A stretch of DNA of 64,000 bases from Watersipora subatra. Taxonomy: Eukaryota. Numbering within the stretch: the stretch's first letter is position 1; each line of letters begins with the position of its first letter. Location: NCBI RefSeq assembly GCF_963576615.1, contig NC_088717.1, positions 57,890,749-57,954,748 on the forward strand, read 5' to 3'. The notes below the pieces were generated by a model. It was given only the letters and a program-made list of their open reading frames with translations, was not told the DNA's origin and did no database searches. This document shows, in pieces, positions 1 through 12,663 of the stretch. A program made the translations under genes and the position numbers.

Positions 1-371
1 ACGATATACAGCCTCCCATAAGTCCCGCCTACATTATGTCCGTCACCTATCCTTGGGGCGGGGCTGTATATCATTGCCTACACCGTCTACGTACTAGTTT
101 CTTACTAGTAGTATTCTTACCGAATACTACCGAAGTGAAATAAGCAAGCCGTGTCTTTGAAAACAATATAGATAGGGATAGAGTTTGAAGAATGAGAAGT
201 CTGCTGCAAACTGGATTTGAACTCACATTCTCCAGTTCTGCGGACATCCATATACCATATGCAATTCACTACAATATTCTGCAAATCATGTTTTACATTA
301 TCTTCAACAATATTATTTTATTATATAATTTTTACAAGCAAAAATATTTTCATCTCGGCATAAAGCTTTTA

Positions 372-599
372 TTAAAAATATTCATCAAGTCGTGGCCACT
401 CACATAGTTTTAGCTGATACAATAAGACAAATTCATCTACTGCAGCAAACTCAAACAGAACATCATGGTTTATGCAGCACACATTCAAGTCTCTCTTTCC
501 CCCTTTATGGCAGTTTCCACACTGACAAAGCTTCTTCGGCTGGTGGGACGACATAAACATTCTGTAATCAATAAAACAAATGCAATAAATATATGTCAT
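372..599 (-). other. Small Cys-rich ORF (MFMSSHQPKKLCQCGNCHKGGKRDLNVCC...). It may be a short zinc-binding protein or just a first exon, and I do not recognise it.
   Basis: Six-frame ORF track shows a C-x-C-G-N-C-H/C-C pattern. No family could be assigned from memory. Confidence 0.15.
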
Positions 600-1439
600 T
601 CATAGGTATGTCATTCTAAAGCGTATCTATTGACAGCTTCCAAATTGGGAGTTAAATAGATTGCGAGTGTAATTTTAAAAATGAATAAACGTTTAACAAA
701 GGCACAAGTACGCCAAGCCAATGATTCGAAGCTTTGGTTCTGGAAATTAAAGATTTGCATTGATCAATCGATTTTCTTCACTTTCTACAAGTGAAAAGTG
801 AACATCTAATGTCAAATCATAAATCTAATTTACTAGATAAAGATGCCACAGAAAATTTGAAGCGAATGTACCTAGGTGAACCGATAAAAAAATATAAAAC
901 GATGATTAGTGATAGCAAAAAGTTACAATTTTATTAATTAGTACATGTATTAATGAGTACTAAAATATTACCTTTAGTATATTCATCAATCTAAGCCATT
1001 GTATAGCTAGATGCTAAAGATTAAAAAGAAGCCGTCAAGAACTTACTGTACATACGTATCTCGCACGCGCAGGAAATTACATTTTAGCCTCAAACAGGGA
1101 AATATAATCTGAATGTAAACTCAACAGGAAACTCTATAGGCGACTCAAAGTAAAAGATAAATTTACCTCCATTCTCCGAGCTTCCTCCGTAGAACTTTAA
1201 CTACCTGATGCCAAGAAAACTCGGAGTCACCTTCGCAGTAACTTTACAGCAATTTTACAATAACATTATTACATGTATGTTGTTCGCCAATAAAACGTGT
1301 CGATCGAGTAATTCATTGTTGATTAATTTAGTAAATATCGATGTCCATGTGATTTAATAATAGAGTAAAATCCCTAAATTTGAGATCACAGACAACACGT
1401 TTTACGAGTGATAACATTTATTACGGCCTATATAAAGAT

Positions 1440-1560
1440 TTCGCGCTGATGATTGGCTAAGGGAGCGACCTCATATTTATCGCTCGTGGTTTCTTTTCAG
1501 ACATATTGCTTGTGACGTCACGAAAGAAGCACCCGCTGGAACGTGAGCTTTTTAAAAGAG
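1440..1560. promoter_or_regulatory. Promoter-like block with an inverted CCAAT box (tgattggct) and a perfect palindromic CRE (gtgacgtcac).
   Basis: Both motifs were read directly at about 1450 and about 1512-1521. The surrounding sequence is CpG-containing, unlike the AT-rich flanks. I could not determine which gene it serves. Confidence 0.3.
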
Positions 1561-1875
1561 GGCCTCATTCAAACGCATATATCTCTAGACAGGGCTGGTC
1601 TACAAAGACAAAAATGGCATCAAATTGTAGCTGATGTTTTGGCCTTTTATGGGTCTTAATTTCATTAAATCGAATTTTTTGACGCAACCACATCTTTAAG
1701 GTTGTTCCATTTTTACTTTCTAGAGAAGCGATCTGAGTTTAGCTTCTCTGTGTAACCACTATGTTTTCGATGGTCATTAAATTCAAATTTATTTATTTAC
1801 CTCACCAGGTTTAGTCGTAACCGTTACTAAAAATGAAGCTATAAATCAGAAACAGTAAAAAAAGTACAAAAACTG

Positions 1876-2146
1876 CATTAAAGAGGCTTGGTGTGGGTAA
1901 CTGGCACACATAAAACAACTGTATTGAAGAGGCTTGATGTGAATAACTGGCACACATAAAACAACTGTATTAAAGAGGCTCGATGTGGGTAACTGGCACA
2001 CATAAAACAACTGTATTAAAGAGGCTCGATGTGGGTAACTGGCACACATAAAACAACTGTATTAAAGAGGCTCGATGTGGGTAACTGGCACACATAAAAC
2101 AACTGTATTAAAGAGGCTTGATGTGGGTAACTGGCACATATAAAAC
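1876..2146. repeat. Minisatellite with a 46-bp unit (aactggcacacataaaacaactgtattaaagaggctcgatgtgggt) in about 6 copies.
   Basis: Direct tandem copies are visible, with a few point differences (ttg/tcg, gaataa). Confidence 0.9.
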
Positions 2147-2845
2147 TATAAATTTATAGTTTCTATACGATAATAGAGATAAATCAATTTATCTCAAACT
2201 GCTACCCTCTCATGTCATAGAGTTTGGCTTGTAGAATCCAGAGGGCATGGCGAGCATACAAGAGGAGACAACTTAAGAAACTTCATTCTCTGACAGGTAG
2301 ATGGAATACTACTGATTTTACAAATGTATTTTCTGTTATCTTGTAGACTACTGCAAGTAGATAGTGAACAGGTGTAGAAAGTATAGTACAATCCCGTATG
2401 GTGCACTATTAAAGCATTCATATGCTTGGATGACACCTTTAACACGTATAATTATAATGAAAACATTAAGGATTAGCCCAAATGTTCTCCCTTATTACCA
2501 TTGTTAATTTAAATGATAGCTACCGCTCTCTCCATTAACAGGCCTTTCTAATTGACCAATCAGAAATAATTTGTTAATTTGATTCATTGGATGATTGTTC
2601 CTCGATAGACAGATTACTCCCATTGCATTGTAATTCTTTCAGTGTGAAATCAGCTTATTTTACAATTCGTTTTAAACGTCTCACAGATGTTATTAATAAA
2701 ATTACAAATGTCATCAAATTATCAGAAATGATAAAGTGCAGTATGGATGTCAAAGCATTTTATTGTTGTGTTACAGTAGCAATTGTTTTAAATCTGCCAA
2801 CCTTCATATAATCACACAATTCTGTACATGCAATTAATAAGATGA

Positions 2846-2925
2846 CTAAAGTGTTGACCAATATGGGGCTTGAACCCTGGACATTCAGCTTATTAGACTA
2901 ACTCTCTAACTAACTGAGCTAATCA
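2846..2925 (-). pseudogene. tRNA-like sequence, probably a tRNA-Ile(AAT)-derived pseudogene or SINE head.
   Basis: The reverse complement reads GATGATTAGCTCAGTTAGTTAGAGAGTTAGTCTAATAAGCTGAATGTCCAGGGTTCAAGCCCCATATTGG. It has an A-box (TAGCTCAGTTAGTTAGAG), an anticodon loop cTAATAAg and a B-box (GGTTCAAGCCC). The acceptor and T stems pair poorly, so it is probably not a functional tRNA. Confidence 0.35.
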
Positions 2926-3657
2926 TCAACCTTCTGAAGTCATAGAATCATTGTGCCAATCAGGAAATAGATTGCTTTGTGACAGAAAAAAACAGATGGA
3001 CACGTAACACCCAATAATAAAATACATGTATATAAATATATAGTAAATATAATGCTTGAGTAAAAGTATATGATATGCATCCATTACACCATTACACATG
3101 CTATAAGGAACCTTGCTAGTTCTGGTGAACTCGAAAGGCCAACTCCTGTAAGCCGTTGTGTATCGAGTGGGAATGTGTATACACGCATAAGTTTTATGTT
3201 AATTTAATTGTCTGTTTCTCTACCATGAATTCCAGTATGAGAAAGCCAACAAATGCTATGAAAATTAATACAGAGGAGTTGAATGTTCGTGACAGCCGCG
3301 ATATTTTTCCGGCCAGTATCATATTAGGAGTTGTCATCTTCATTTGGGTAGAAATACTCTGTTACCTTTAATATATTTGAGTGTAGTTTATAAGCTCACT
3401 TAGTTACTGTCTAAGTACAGTTTTTAGTCTTTTTCTCTGCTATTTATTGTACACAAGTTGTCGCCTCATTTTTGCTGCGATTTGCAGTTTTGTTATTAAC
3501 ATTATTTGTGCACTTACCATTATGTGGTTACTTACGCATGATATTTATTATGTTGATGATCGTAAAAAGACAGGGAACTCTCGATTCCTACTAATAAACG
3601 TGTACTGAGATCCCCGAGCTTTGAAATTTCCTTTATCGATCATCTGTAGCCAGCATT

Positions 3658-6600
3658 ATGTTTTTATTTCATTTTTATCGGTATCCTCATTGGCTGACCA
3701 GCATTTCACTATTACATGTAGACGCTAGCTGTGAGGAGGTGAACGAAGATGCAAGGGGTAAGGATGTGGAGGCAGACACAAGCTGTGAGGGGGTGAAGGT
3801 AGACGCAAGCGGTGAGGGTGTGGAGTCAGACACAAGCTGTGAGGGGGCAAAAGCGAACCCTGAATGCAGGAGAAAGAATCTTTTATTAAATAAAGCTCAG
3901 GAATTTGCCGATTTGAAGAGACAGTTTGATGATGTCTTGCCATTTAATGCCCACAAGGCGACGCCCCTTACAGACAGGTATTAACTATTAGGATGATCTG
4001 CTATCTGGCTTTTAGAGATTCTAATATTTCAGGTGTTTGTTAGCGCAGAAAGGTATCACTTTTTTCGATCTATAATCTGTAAATCTCATAGCAGAGATTG
4101 ATCAACTTGTAGCGACCTCCTGCAAATACACTACATGGCAGGTTAAGTGCTCAACGGCGTGTATATATGCATTGCTCATGCTACCATATTTGCATCATTT
4201 GGAAAGAAAGTTTCTACTTACTATCAAATGTAGATATTATTTATTGAGTGTATTTCTACCAGTTCTTAGGTTGTTGACTCTTTGGAGATGATTGGTTGAT
4301 AATGTTTCAACTTTTAAGTCAGCTCAAACAGATGACAACGGAATGTACACGCAGTGTGCATTTGTTACCGACGACGATTGAAATCACTCTAATTTAATAT
4401 CCCGCTTTTTAATCTATCCACTTACGCTCTTTAGGGAATGAGATAAGGAACTTGACTTCCTGATTTGCCCTCATAATTACCTTGAAAGCTCATACGCTGC
4501 CATATCGGAGAGACTCTGTGCTAATTGAATATTATCAACGGTGATCAATCGAGTTAGTGAAGGAATGGATACTCAGCGTGCTCTACTCAATATCGTCTGC
4601 GCTAGACTGCATCTCGTTAGCCACTCGCTGTTATCATTGCTGACTTTGTTCATATATCTTACAGTTCCTACGGCAGCAGTCTCTCCTCCAGCAGTGACAA
4701 CAGTCCAAGTGCAGAATCTCGTTCTATTACCAGCAATGTTAATGCATCTAATAAGGTAAGTTGGAAATATTGCTGCTGTACACTCAGTATTTTTGCCATA
4801 GAAGCTATTAGTTTCTGTCATAAAGCTTCAATTTAAAGTTTTCTCTTGAATCAGCAGAAAATTCTGCACTAGAATCAATACATTTGACAAACAACAGTCA
4901 TGTTTAAAATCTGTTTTTTGTTTAACGAAAAGCCGGCTGCGAAAGAAAAAATGGTATCCTTTTCACAGTTTGACCAAAATGCGGACCCACATTCTCTAAT
5001 ATAAAAATAGAGTTACCAGAAATACCTATCTGAGGCCAATATTAAAGAGTTTTATTTACAGAAATACATTTAGGTCGCTGTTTGCAATTTTTCTTTTCAT
5101 CCATCCCTCAGTGAAAATAAAAAAGATTTGGAAACCGCGATATTTTCCTATGAATTCTGAGTAAAAAGAAAACTAGAGGGTCTGTTGTTTTTGGCAAAAT
5201 GATAATGCAATATCCTAAATTTATTGGGGCAAAATAAAATTGTTGGTGGATATGTTTAACTCTGATCCATGATCAATGTTTTTGTATAGGTACCAAGGCG
5301 AGCCGTTGGAAAGGCTTTTCGTTGTGAAAGAGTTAGCTAAATTGATAGATGGAATGTAAAAGGTTATCAAACTCTGGTCTTCGGAAAATATTTTCATTTA
5401 TAACTCTTAGGAGTGTGGGGGAGGTCACTGTGCTGTACAAAATAATTCTTGATATCCCTGCTGCTTATCTCGCCGGCGTTAGTTTCAACAAAATAAGGAT
5501 TAACAGAACATATATTGTCGATTATATAAAACCAGTAAATAATCATAGTTTCTTTAGACATCAATAGGCTACTGATGTGCTTTATGTGCGTTTGTACTTT
5601 CCATGTTACAGAGTGCTCTATGTGAGTTCCTTTGCGTATATTATACCCACTCCAAACTAACAAATGTTTGTGTGACTCTCGAGTTTCAGTTGAAATTTGA
5701 ACTGATTTTCAAGATGTGTTACTGATGAACGTTTTAGTAAATGAACTCTCCCGGTAAACGGTTATATTATAGTCCAATGTGTGTTATTCACCTTACAGAG
5801 CTTGTAGTTTTCTGCTTCATGACTGCCCTGTGTTGTTAGCATTCGACAATGTGTCTGATTGTAGGAGTCTGAAATAACCTTACCGCAGCTTGAGTGGACT
5901 GAATTAGAGCGGAGCATTAATCACAGCCATTCTTCCTCTCTACGGTCATCTAGTAACTCCAAGGTAATCAATAGGTAATCAATAGGTGATCAATAATTCA
6001 ACTACTCAATCTAATTGTAGCTCTTTTCGATGTTCAACTTTAAGATTTAGCTGTTTGGTGTTGTTACTTGCAGCAACTAAAGTGTTGCTGATTGGTTGGA
6101 TAAACTAGAGTGTTGCTGATTGGTTGAATAAACTATAATAGGTTGCCTGGATGGATAAACTATATGAATGGCTTGCTTCTTTCAACGAAGAAACACGCTC
6201 AATAATTGGTCCATGGTTCTGTTTTTACTAGGTTATTCCTTATTTTCTTTATATAAAAAGGTTGCGTTGCTCAGGAACTAAGGCTTCCTTTTTACATGAT
6301 GACAGCCCAGCTACTCAATTTACTTGCAGCTCACTTCAATGTTCAACTTTTACCATTGAGCTGTTTGGTCTGACAAACTAGAAAGTGTTGCCGATTGGCC
6401 TGACACACTATAAAGTTTTGCTGATTGGTTGAATAAACTATTGAGTGTAGCTGATTGGTTGGATAAACTATCAAGTGTTGCTGACTGGTTGAATAAACTA
6501 TTGAGTGTAGCTGATTGGCTGGATAAACTATCAAGTGTTGCTGATTGGTTGGATAAACTATCAAGTGTTGCTGATTGGTTGGAAAAGTGTTAGTAGCGTG

Positions 6601-7333
6601 TCCGCTAAGTCTCAGTAGGGTCTCCGCTAGGTGTCAGTAAGGTGGTTGCTAGGTATTAGTAAGGTGGTTGCTAGGTGTTAGTAAGGTGGTTGCTAGGTGT
6701 TAGTAAGGTGGTTGCTAGGTGTTAGTAAGGTGGTTGCTAGGTGTTAGTAAGGTGGTTTCTTGGTGTCAGTAGGGCGGTTGCTAGGCATAAGCATTGTCTG
6801 CTAGGTGTGTATAGCAGATCAGGTAAGTCTTTATTAGTTTCACCTAAGACGCTGTTGAGATTTCTATTATTTGTTACTTCATCTTTATGGCCACCATGTG
6901 AGTCATTCTATTATTCTATCAACAAACATACAGAGTTGTCTTTTCCTGTATTTCTGAGACATGGTTGTTCATAGTAACTACATGTCTCAAAGGATATGAT
7001 CTAACAAATGCTTATAAGCGGTAATAGATGTGTTAATGACTTGAGTATGTGCATATGTTGCAGCCTGCTGTCCTTGGTGACACATAGTGCACATACCTGG
7101 TCAACATATGGTCGATAATCTTAGATTGGAAAATATGTTTCCCATTGTAACCAACGCTTGGCTGTATCCTGTAGTCTGTGAAGGATGCACACAGAGAAGA
7201 TGTGAGAAAGAGATTAGCAATGAACACACCAACTGAAGGATTATACGGAGACGCGTACACTAGGTCCCAATCTAAACCCTATCGAGCATACAATAACGCT
7301 ATGGAGCTTTATATGAATGACTGCAATGACGAG
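3658..7333 (+). CDS. Candidate CRTC (CREB-regulated transcription coactivator)-like gene, with only some exons identified: about 3870-3978, 4667-4756, 5889-5963 and 7171-7333.
   Basis: The exon ending at donor 3979 (gtatta) encodes NPECRRKNLLLNKAQEFADLKRQFDDVL, which resembles the CRTC N-terminal CREB-binding domain [27 protein letters not shown]. The exon at 4667-4756 encodes SSYGSSLSSSSDNSPSAESRSITSNVNASNK, which resembles the conserved CRTC YGGSLPNVNQIG motif with an insertion. All of these exons have GT donors and AG acceptors in compatible frames. The start codon and the 3' exons are not resolved. There is a 33-bp coding repeat (DTSCEGV) at 3720-3860. Confidence 0.35.
6355..6590. repeat. 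Minisatellite with a roughly 30-bp unit (ctatcaagtgttgctgattggttggataaa). A smaller block of the same unit lies at 6075-6150.
   Basis: Direct tandem repeats were read in the sequence. Confidence 0.85.
6598..6790. repeat. Minisatellite with a 21-bp unit (gttagtaaggtggttgctaggt) in about 8 copies.
   Basis: Direct tandem repeats are visible. The array leads into a dispersed roughly 200-bp repeat that is also present at 9845-10060. Confidence 0.85.
6776..6985 (+). repeat. Dispersed repeat (copy 1 of 2). The second copy is at 9845-10060 and is about 90% identical.
   Basis: aggcataagcattgtctgctaggt...ccaccatgtgag(t/c)cattctattattctatcaacaaacatacagagttgtct was aligned by eye. Both copies follow gtcagtagg-type minisatellite units. 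Confidence 0.8.
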
Positions 7334-7930
7334 GTCAGGCACTTATCATAGATGTGCATACGTGGATTAAGTCTTGTTTTTTTCTATTAATTAACCGAAC
7401 ATATATAGACCTTAGCCCTTTCAGTGCCATCCATGTACAAATTTAGCTATCGGCCTAGTGCCAGCCATTTTACCGAAAATTGCCGACAATGCTTCATGAT
7501 ATGTATACAATATTTTTTCAATTTCAAACTTTATCTAGATCATTTTTTGTAACATATTTTATTTTGCCAACGTTTTAACTATGCAAAAAATTCAATATAT
7601 TTATACTTTGTGCGATGACGAAGCTATGTGAAGCGATCACTACGAAGCTTAGACGATCCTCCACAATGTTCCTTACTTTTACAAAACTATTACGTTCACC
7701 ACTATCAGAGTCACTGCTGCTACTTTAATTATCTGTATAATCACAAAAATCTAAATCTGAATTGGCTATAATGTCATCAACATAAGTAATTACCTGTTTT
7801 CTGACTCGCGCGCGGCACTTAATGAACTCACACAAAAATTGTTCGTTTTTAGGTTAGTAGTTCTCAAACACAAGTTTAAAATTGCTTCGTTATTTTAGGC
7901 TAATTTTATAAAGATATCTTTGAACAAAGT

Positions 7931-8047
7931 TGTCAACATCTTGAAAGTCCTAAAGACCGTGGGTTATGTTGTCAACATCTTGAAAGTCCTAAAGACCGTG
8001 GGTTATGTTGTCAACATCTTGAAAGTCCTAATGACCGTGGGTTGTAT
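7931..8047. repeat. Three copies of a 39-bp tandem repeat (gttgtcaacatcttgaaagtcctaaagaccgtgggttat).
   Basis: Direct repeats are visible. Confidence 0.9.
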
Positions 8048-8586
8048 TGTTAACGAATAATAAAATGAACTTAATACGCAATTGCTGGGAAAGTCGCAAT
8101 TATGCATCTATGGCATCGAAATGGTTAATAAGATGGAATGGTTTTCAATGCTATACATTCATACCTCGACCTGCAAGCTTAACGCATTCAGGGACTGCGC
8201 TCGTATGTCAATTTTCCCTTATCTCAAATCAATTTTTCCTATACAAGTTGCAAATACAAATTTTACCTAGATTAATTTGTTTCCATCTTTGTAAAAATTT
8301 ACCTAAAACAGGATATTGCTATGGAAAACGTGTTTTAATTGTTATAAATTACCAGCTATGTTCACAAAGTAACAAATACCTATCTAGTGGTTATGATCTG
8401 CAACAACATGTAACATTGCTATGTACAGTACTGTATGGGGTTATTACCTTCGAAACAGACGGTAGTGGTTGCCGGCGATGTGAGATGGAGTTGACAAAAA
8501 CCCGTTCGGTACGCTACAATTTTGTGACACTACCTAACATAAACATTAAATTTAACTTAAATTAACTTATCATACTTATACACTTT

Positions 8587-8745
8587 AAAATAAGGTTTAA
8601 TCTTCCGGGACACCAATTCTAATTTTGCTTTTATTTTCAGTTTGCTTTTCTTCTTTTTCCAGCGTGACTCTTTTGGCCTCGTTTTCTGGCTCACTTTCAT
8701 CTTCATTTTTAGCCACTCTTTTTAAAGCATTTTCTAACTGGTCCT
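8587..8745 (-). CDS. Terminal coding exon of an unidentified minus-strand gene (...DQLENALKRVAKNEDESEPENEAKRVTLEKEEKQTENKSKIRIGVPED*).
   Basis: The minus-strand frame is open and is preceded by an acceptor-like tccgtag and followed by a stop. The acidic tail is low-complexity. Confidence 0.3.
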
Positions 8746-9844
8746 ACGGAAAGGATTGAGCGATGCTAATCTCATAATCAGCCTCCCGAATTCTTGATCA
8801 GCTAGTGGCTGCATCGTCACATCTCGTATGCTCATATCTCAAATTTGTCTTGTATCTCGCTTTCAGAGCCTCGGTTTATTATGAAATTTTTTAGCTGCAA
8901 TTCTATCATGCGCGACATGGAGGGAAAGGGCTGAGTCAACATAGATTTGACAGTTGTTCAAACTTTTATCAACTCAAGCTATTTGTATAGTTTTATATTG
9001 AGCCCTAAAGTGAGGAAACAAACAAAGCTGGACTCGCTTATTCTTTATCATTAGCCACGAGATCTCCTTGCATCAACTTCCGTTAAAAAGATGAACAAGC
9101 AACCTAGCCTAGACCATTGGTTTTAGGTAAAAAATACACGAATCAAATATTTGTAATATCTATATTAATAAATTGCACATTTTCCTTGTGTTTGTCAGTA
9201 GACAAGAACGTTATGCGTTTCTACGTTTTTTGGCTGATTTCATCTAGACTTGACCATGCCTCCATACCATCCACCAGGTCACTAAAATATTTGGTCTCAA
9301 AACTCCACCTGGTTCCGGAGAACCAGCCCCTTAGACATCCATCTGTCGACTATTTGATTGAAAATGAGAGAAATGCAGGGCAAACCCTGGCTTACCGCTA
9401 GTAACCGCTGTAACTGTTTTTAGACCGACTGCATCACAACATATTCTCTGCAGTTTATCTAATGCATCAAAAATGGGAAGGCTGATACTGATACTACTTC
9501 ATTGTTTTTCTCTTTTTTCCGGTCAGTTCTGGTCCTACCAGCTGCGATTAGTGAAGAATCACAGTATGTCACATCGCTTGAAGTTTGTGTTCCACATTAC
9601 ACTTAGTATCATGCTGTCTTGTAGGCTGCGAGTTGTGCTGCCGGGGGAGATAACTCTGAAACAGATTTGGCCACTAAGCAGCAAAGACTGCACGATCAGG
9701 CAACAATTGCTTACATACAGGTACCAAAAAGTGAGATGATGATGTCCTTGGCCATGTATTATAGTTACAGTAACTTCATCTAGCGTGTGATTGTCCTCTT
9801 CTGCTAGGTGTCAATAGTTTGTCTACTAGTATCTGTAGGATGAC

Positions 9845-10060
9845 TGTAGGTGTCAGTAGGATGCCTGCTAGGCATAAGCATTGTCTGCTAGGTTTCTATA
9901 GCAGATCTGGTAGATCTTTGTTAGTTTCACCTACAACGCTGTTAAGATTTCCATTATTTGTCACTTCATCTTTATGGCCACCATGTGAGCCATTCTATTA
10001 TTCTATCAACAAACATACAGAGTTGTCTGTTCCTGTATTTCTGCGACACTGTTGTTTGTA
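9845..10060 (+). repeat. Dispersed repeat, copy 2 (see 6776-6985).
   Basis: Aligned by eye to 6776-6985. Confidence 0.8.
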
Positions 10061-10521
10061 GTAATGACCAAAACAAAGGAATCTTTAATATTTCACCTTT
10101 ATGTCAGTTGCGCGTGTGATCAACCTATTGCAATGCTTGTTTGGCAGGCTGGACCTATCGCGAAGAAGCTCATCGAGGTAGAAAAGAAGTCGGAAGAACC
10201 GTCCCAAATTGCTAGAATGGTTAGGAGCATTCTTGCTTTCATTAAAAATGATTACCTAGGGAGCCATTGAGAAATGACCTACTAGCATGTAGGTTATTGA
10301 CTACATAAAATGTAATAGTTGTGTGTCAAAACAAAAAAAAGCTGTGTTTCACTTTTAGCAACATCAACAAATCGCACAAATGACATCACATGTCATTGAA
10401 CATGTTTCCATGTGTTGTCTACTCCTGCACTCCGAGAACACAACTCTCAGTTTTATTAAGATCTTGTCTTATTTATCTACATTAATAGCTCGGAATCTCA
10501 ACATTCAGAAGTCAGGGAGAG

Positions 10522-12663
10522 ATGACATTAAATAAAAAACGTCTGGAATCCTTGTCCTTGGCACAGCTTCAAGTCGTCTATAACGCCATGCAGAATGAAA
10601 TTGAACGTAAGTTGCTGACATTTTCCACCTGTGTGTCTCTAGTATATTCCAGTCAGCCATGTTACATATGGGAGTCATTCTCCTCTTGTCAGCTATCTTA
10701 ACCTACAGAGCCAACTAAATGGCTGTTAGTGATACCGACACAATGCTTGACTTTGGTTGGAGAGTATAATTGTTTCACTGATGTCATCATTTTGGCCATC
10801 TGTAGCCTGGTTCTGTCGGTAGATCTATTTTACGCTTGTCAACCTTGTAAAGATTTGTATGTAGTGTTGACCTTTGCTATGAAGATGCTTATGAAAACTG
10901 GCTTAGTGCTGAACATCTCTTTGGTACTTACAGGGTTAAATGAGGAGCTCATGGAAATAGCTGTAGCCAGGGATGAACTGCACATGCAGCAAGACTCCAT
11001 CTTAGTGAATATCGAGGATTTGGAAAAGTATGCGCCTGGAAATTATTAAGGCTTATTCACATATGGCAAATGAGGCATTGAGCATGTTTAGTGTTTTTGT
11101 TGGATCGGTTTTCTATGTCGCTGAATCCACCGCCACCTAGATCTTATTAGAATAGATAACAAGTACAGTAGATGCTCTTACAACATAAATTATCCGTTCC
11201 GAGCACATTTATATTAAAGGGATTTTACATTATATTTTTATTAAACTACGTGTAAACTGCCTAGTCTGTTCCAAGGTCTTTCCAAACTCACCCCTTTGGT
11301 CAATCAATAAAGAAAAAAGACTACTTTTTAATTTAGTGACCGTACAGTATTGTAGTATTGTTGGTTTGTATTGACAGCGTTTCTCTTCTTTCTTATCACT
11401 TGGCTTAGGACTCGTGATAACGATAATTTAACGTTAATTTGATAGGAGTGCGCCCCTTCAATGTCGATTGAAATCAATTTTGTTCACTTTTTTATAGACA
11501 GTAAGGTCTATAAAAGAAAAAAAGTGTATGTCTAAAAAACACGATAAAGAATATATTTTCTATATTCAGAGGGATGTCTGTCTGTTAATTGAAAGCCAGG
11601 GTTAAAGGTTAGGATAAAACATCGGTTTTAATGAGACTAAAACTCGTAACATTCAGATTGATAGACCGACACCCTAACATTTGCACTAATACGCTTTACA
11701 TTATATGGAAATTGTTACGCAATACGGAGCAAAAACTTTTATAAAACCGCTACGTTAACTGGAATTTATATTATAGGAGGTATATGTTATAGGAGTGTCT
11801 ACTGTCCACCAAACCATGGATTTGTACATGTTTCATAAGAAGGGGTGTAACATAGGTAACCATGAACTACGTCTGCGTTCATTTGGAGCTCGGAATACCG
11901 ATCCAAAATCTGCGCATCAAAAACAACATATTGCGGTTGTGAAAATACTTTTTTCGAGTTTTTAAATATTTCAGCAAATTCAGAGACTTCGTCGACTACT
12001 CCAGGAAGCCCATGAGTAACTTTGGTAAACAATTTGCTCTCAGGAATTTCGAGTGAGAAAACAAAAGATGGTAACGTAACCACTGCAATACAATCTACCT
12101 TTTTCTTGGAGACAAAAAATGGCTAAGCTCCGTCACATCAGCACTTGGCTTAAAGACAAAAGATAAGATGCTAGGTTTCCAGTAATCTTTAGGTCGAAAC
12201 CTTCGGGAGCTCTTCCGTAGCTATATGATATGATGAGAAATTTAAAGAGGCCTGGTTAGATCTAGCAACCAAATTATCTCACGTTTTATTGAGTGAAACG
12301 AAATTGTGTGGGATGTTTTCTATACCAACTGAGAGGAAGTGGTGCAGGAAGATTTGACATCGCTAATGTACCACCAGCTAGCAATCATCTGTATTAGACT
12401 TTGAGTAATGACAATTATCTAGTCATAGGATGACTGAAATTAAAATGCAACCATCAGGATTGATACCTTTTTGCTATTAAACATTCTGATCTTCATCTAA
12501 TATTTGATTTGTGCACTGTTACAGACGCATTGAACAGCTATCACACAAGCGCGAAAGGAAGGTGCAACAAAAAGCCTCCAAGAAAACAACAGCTGAAGAG
12601 CCAGCGACAAAGTCGACTTCTCGCATGAGCCGACTTTTCCGTCTGGGTAGAAATTCATAGCCT
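10522..12663 (+). CDS. Gene of the SCHIP1/FAM89 family (SCHIP-1 domain coiled-coil protein). 3' exons are at 10522-10606, 10930-11025 and 12537-12663.
   Basis: The spliced product MTLNKKRLESLSLAQLQVVYNAMQNEIE|RLNEELMEIAVARDELHMQQDSILVNIEDLEK|LSHKRERKVQQKAS...RLGRNS* matches the SCHIP1 C-terminal leucine-zipper pattern SLSLEQLQ.VYN.LE..I.ELSEELV..LA.RDEL. Donors gtaagt and gtatgc, and acceptors ttacag and aacag, keep the frames compatible. Upstream exons are not resolved. Confidence 0.45.

Noticed and set aside
8047-8565. 172-aa ORF on the plus strand.
   Set aside because: It has no recognisable motif, it is AT-rich and low-complexity, and it is not flanked by credible splice or start context. 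It is probably a chance ORF.
11799-12083. 94-aa minus-strand ORF (…LPGVVDEVSEFAEIFKNSKKVFSQPQYVVFDAQILDRYSELQ…).
   Set aside because: No family was recognised and no convincing splice context was found. It may be a real exon, but I cannot support it.
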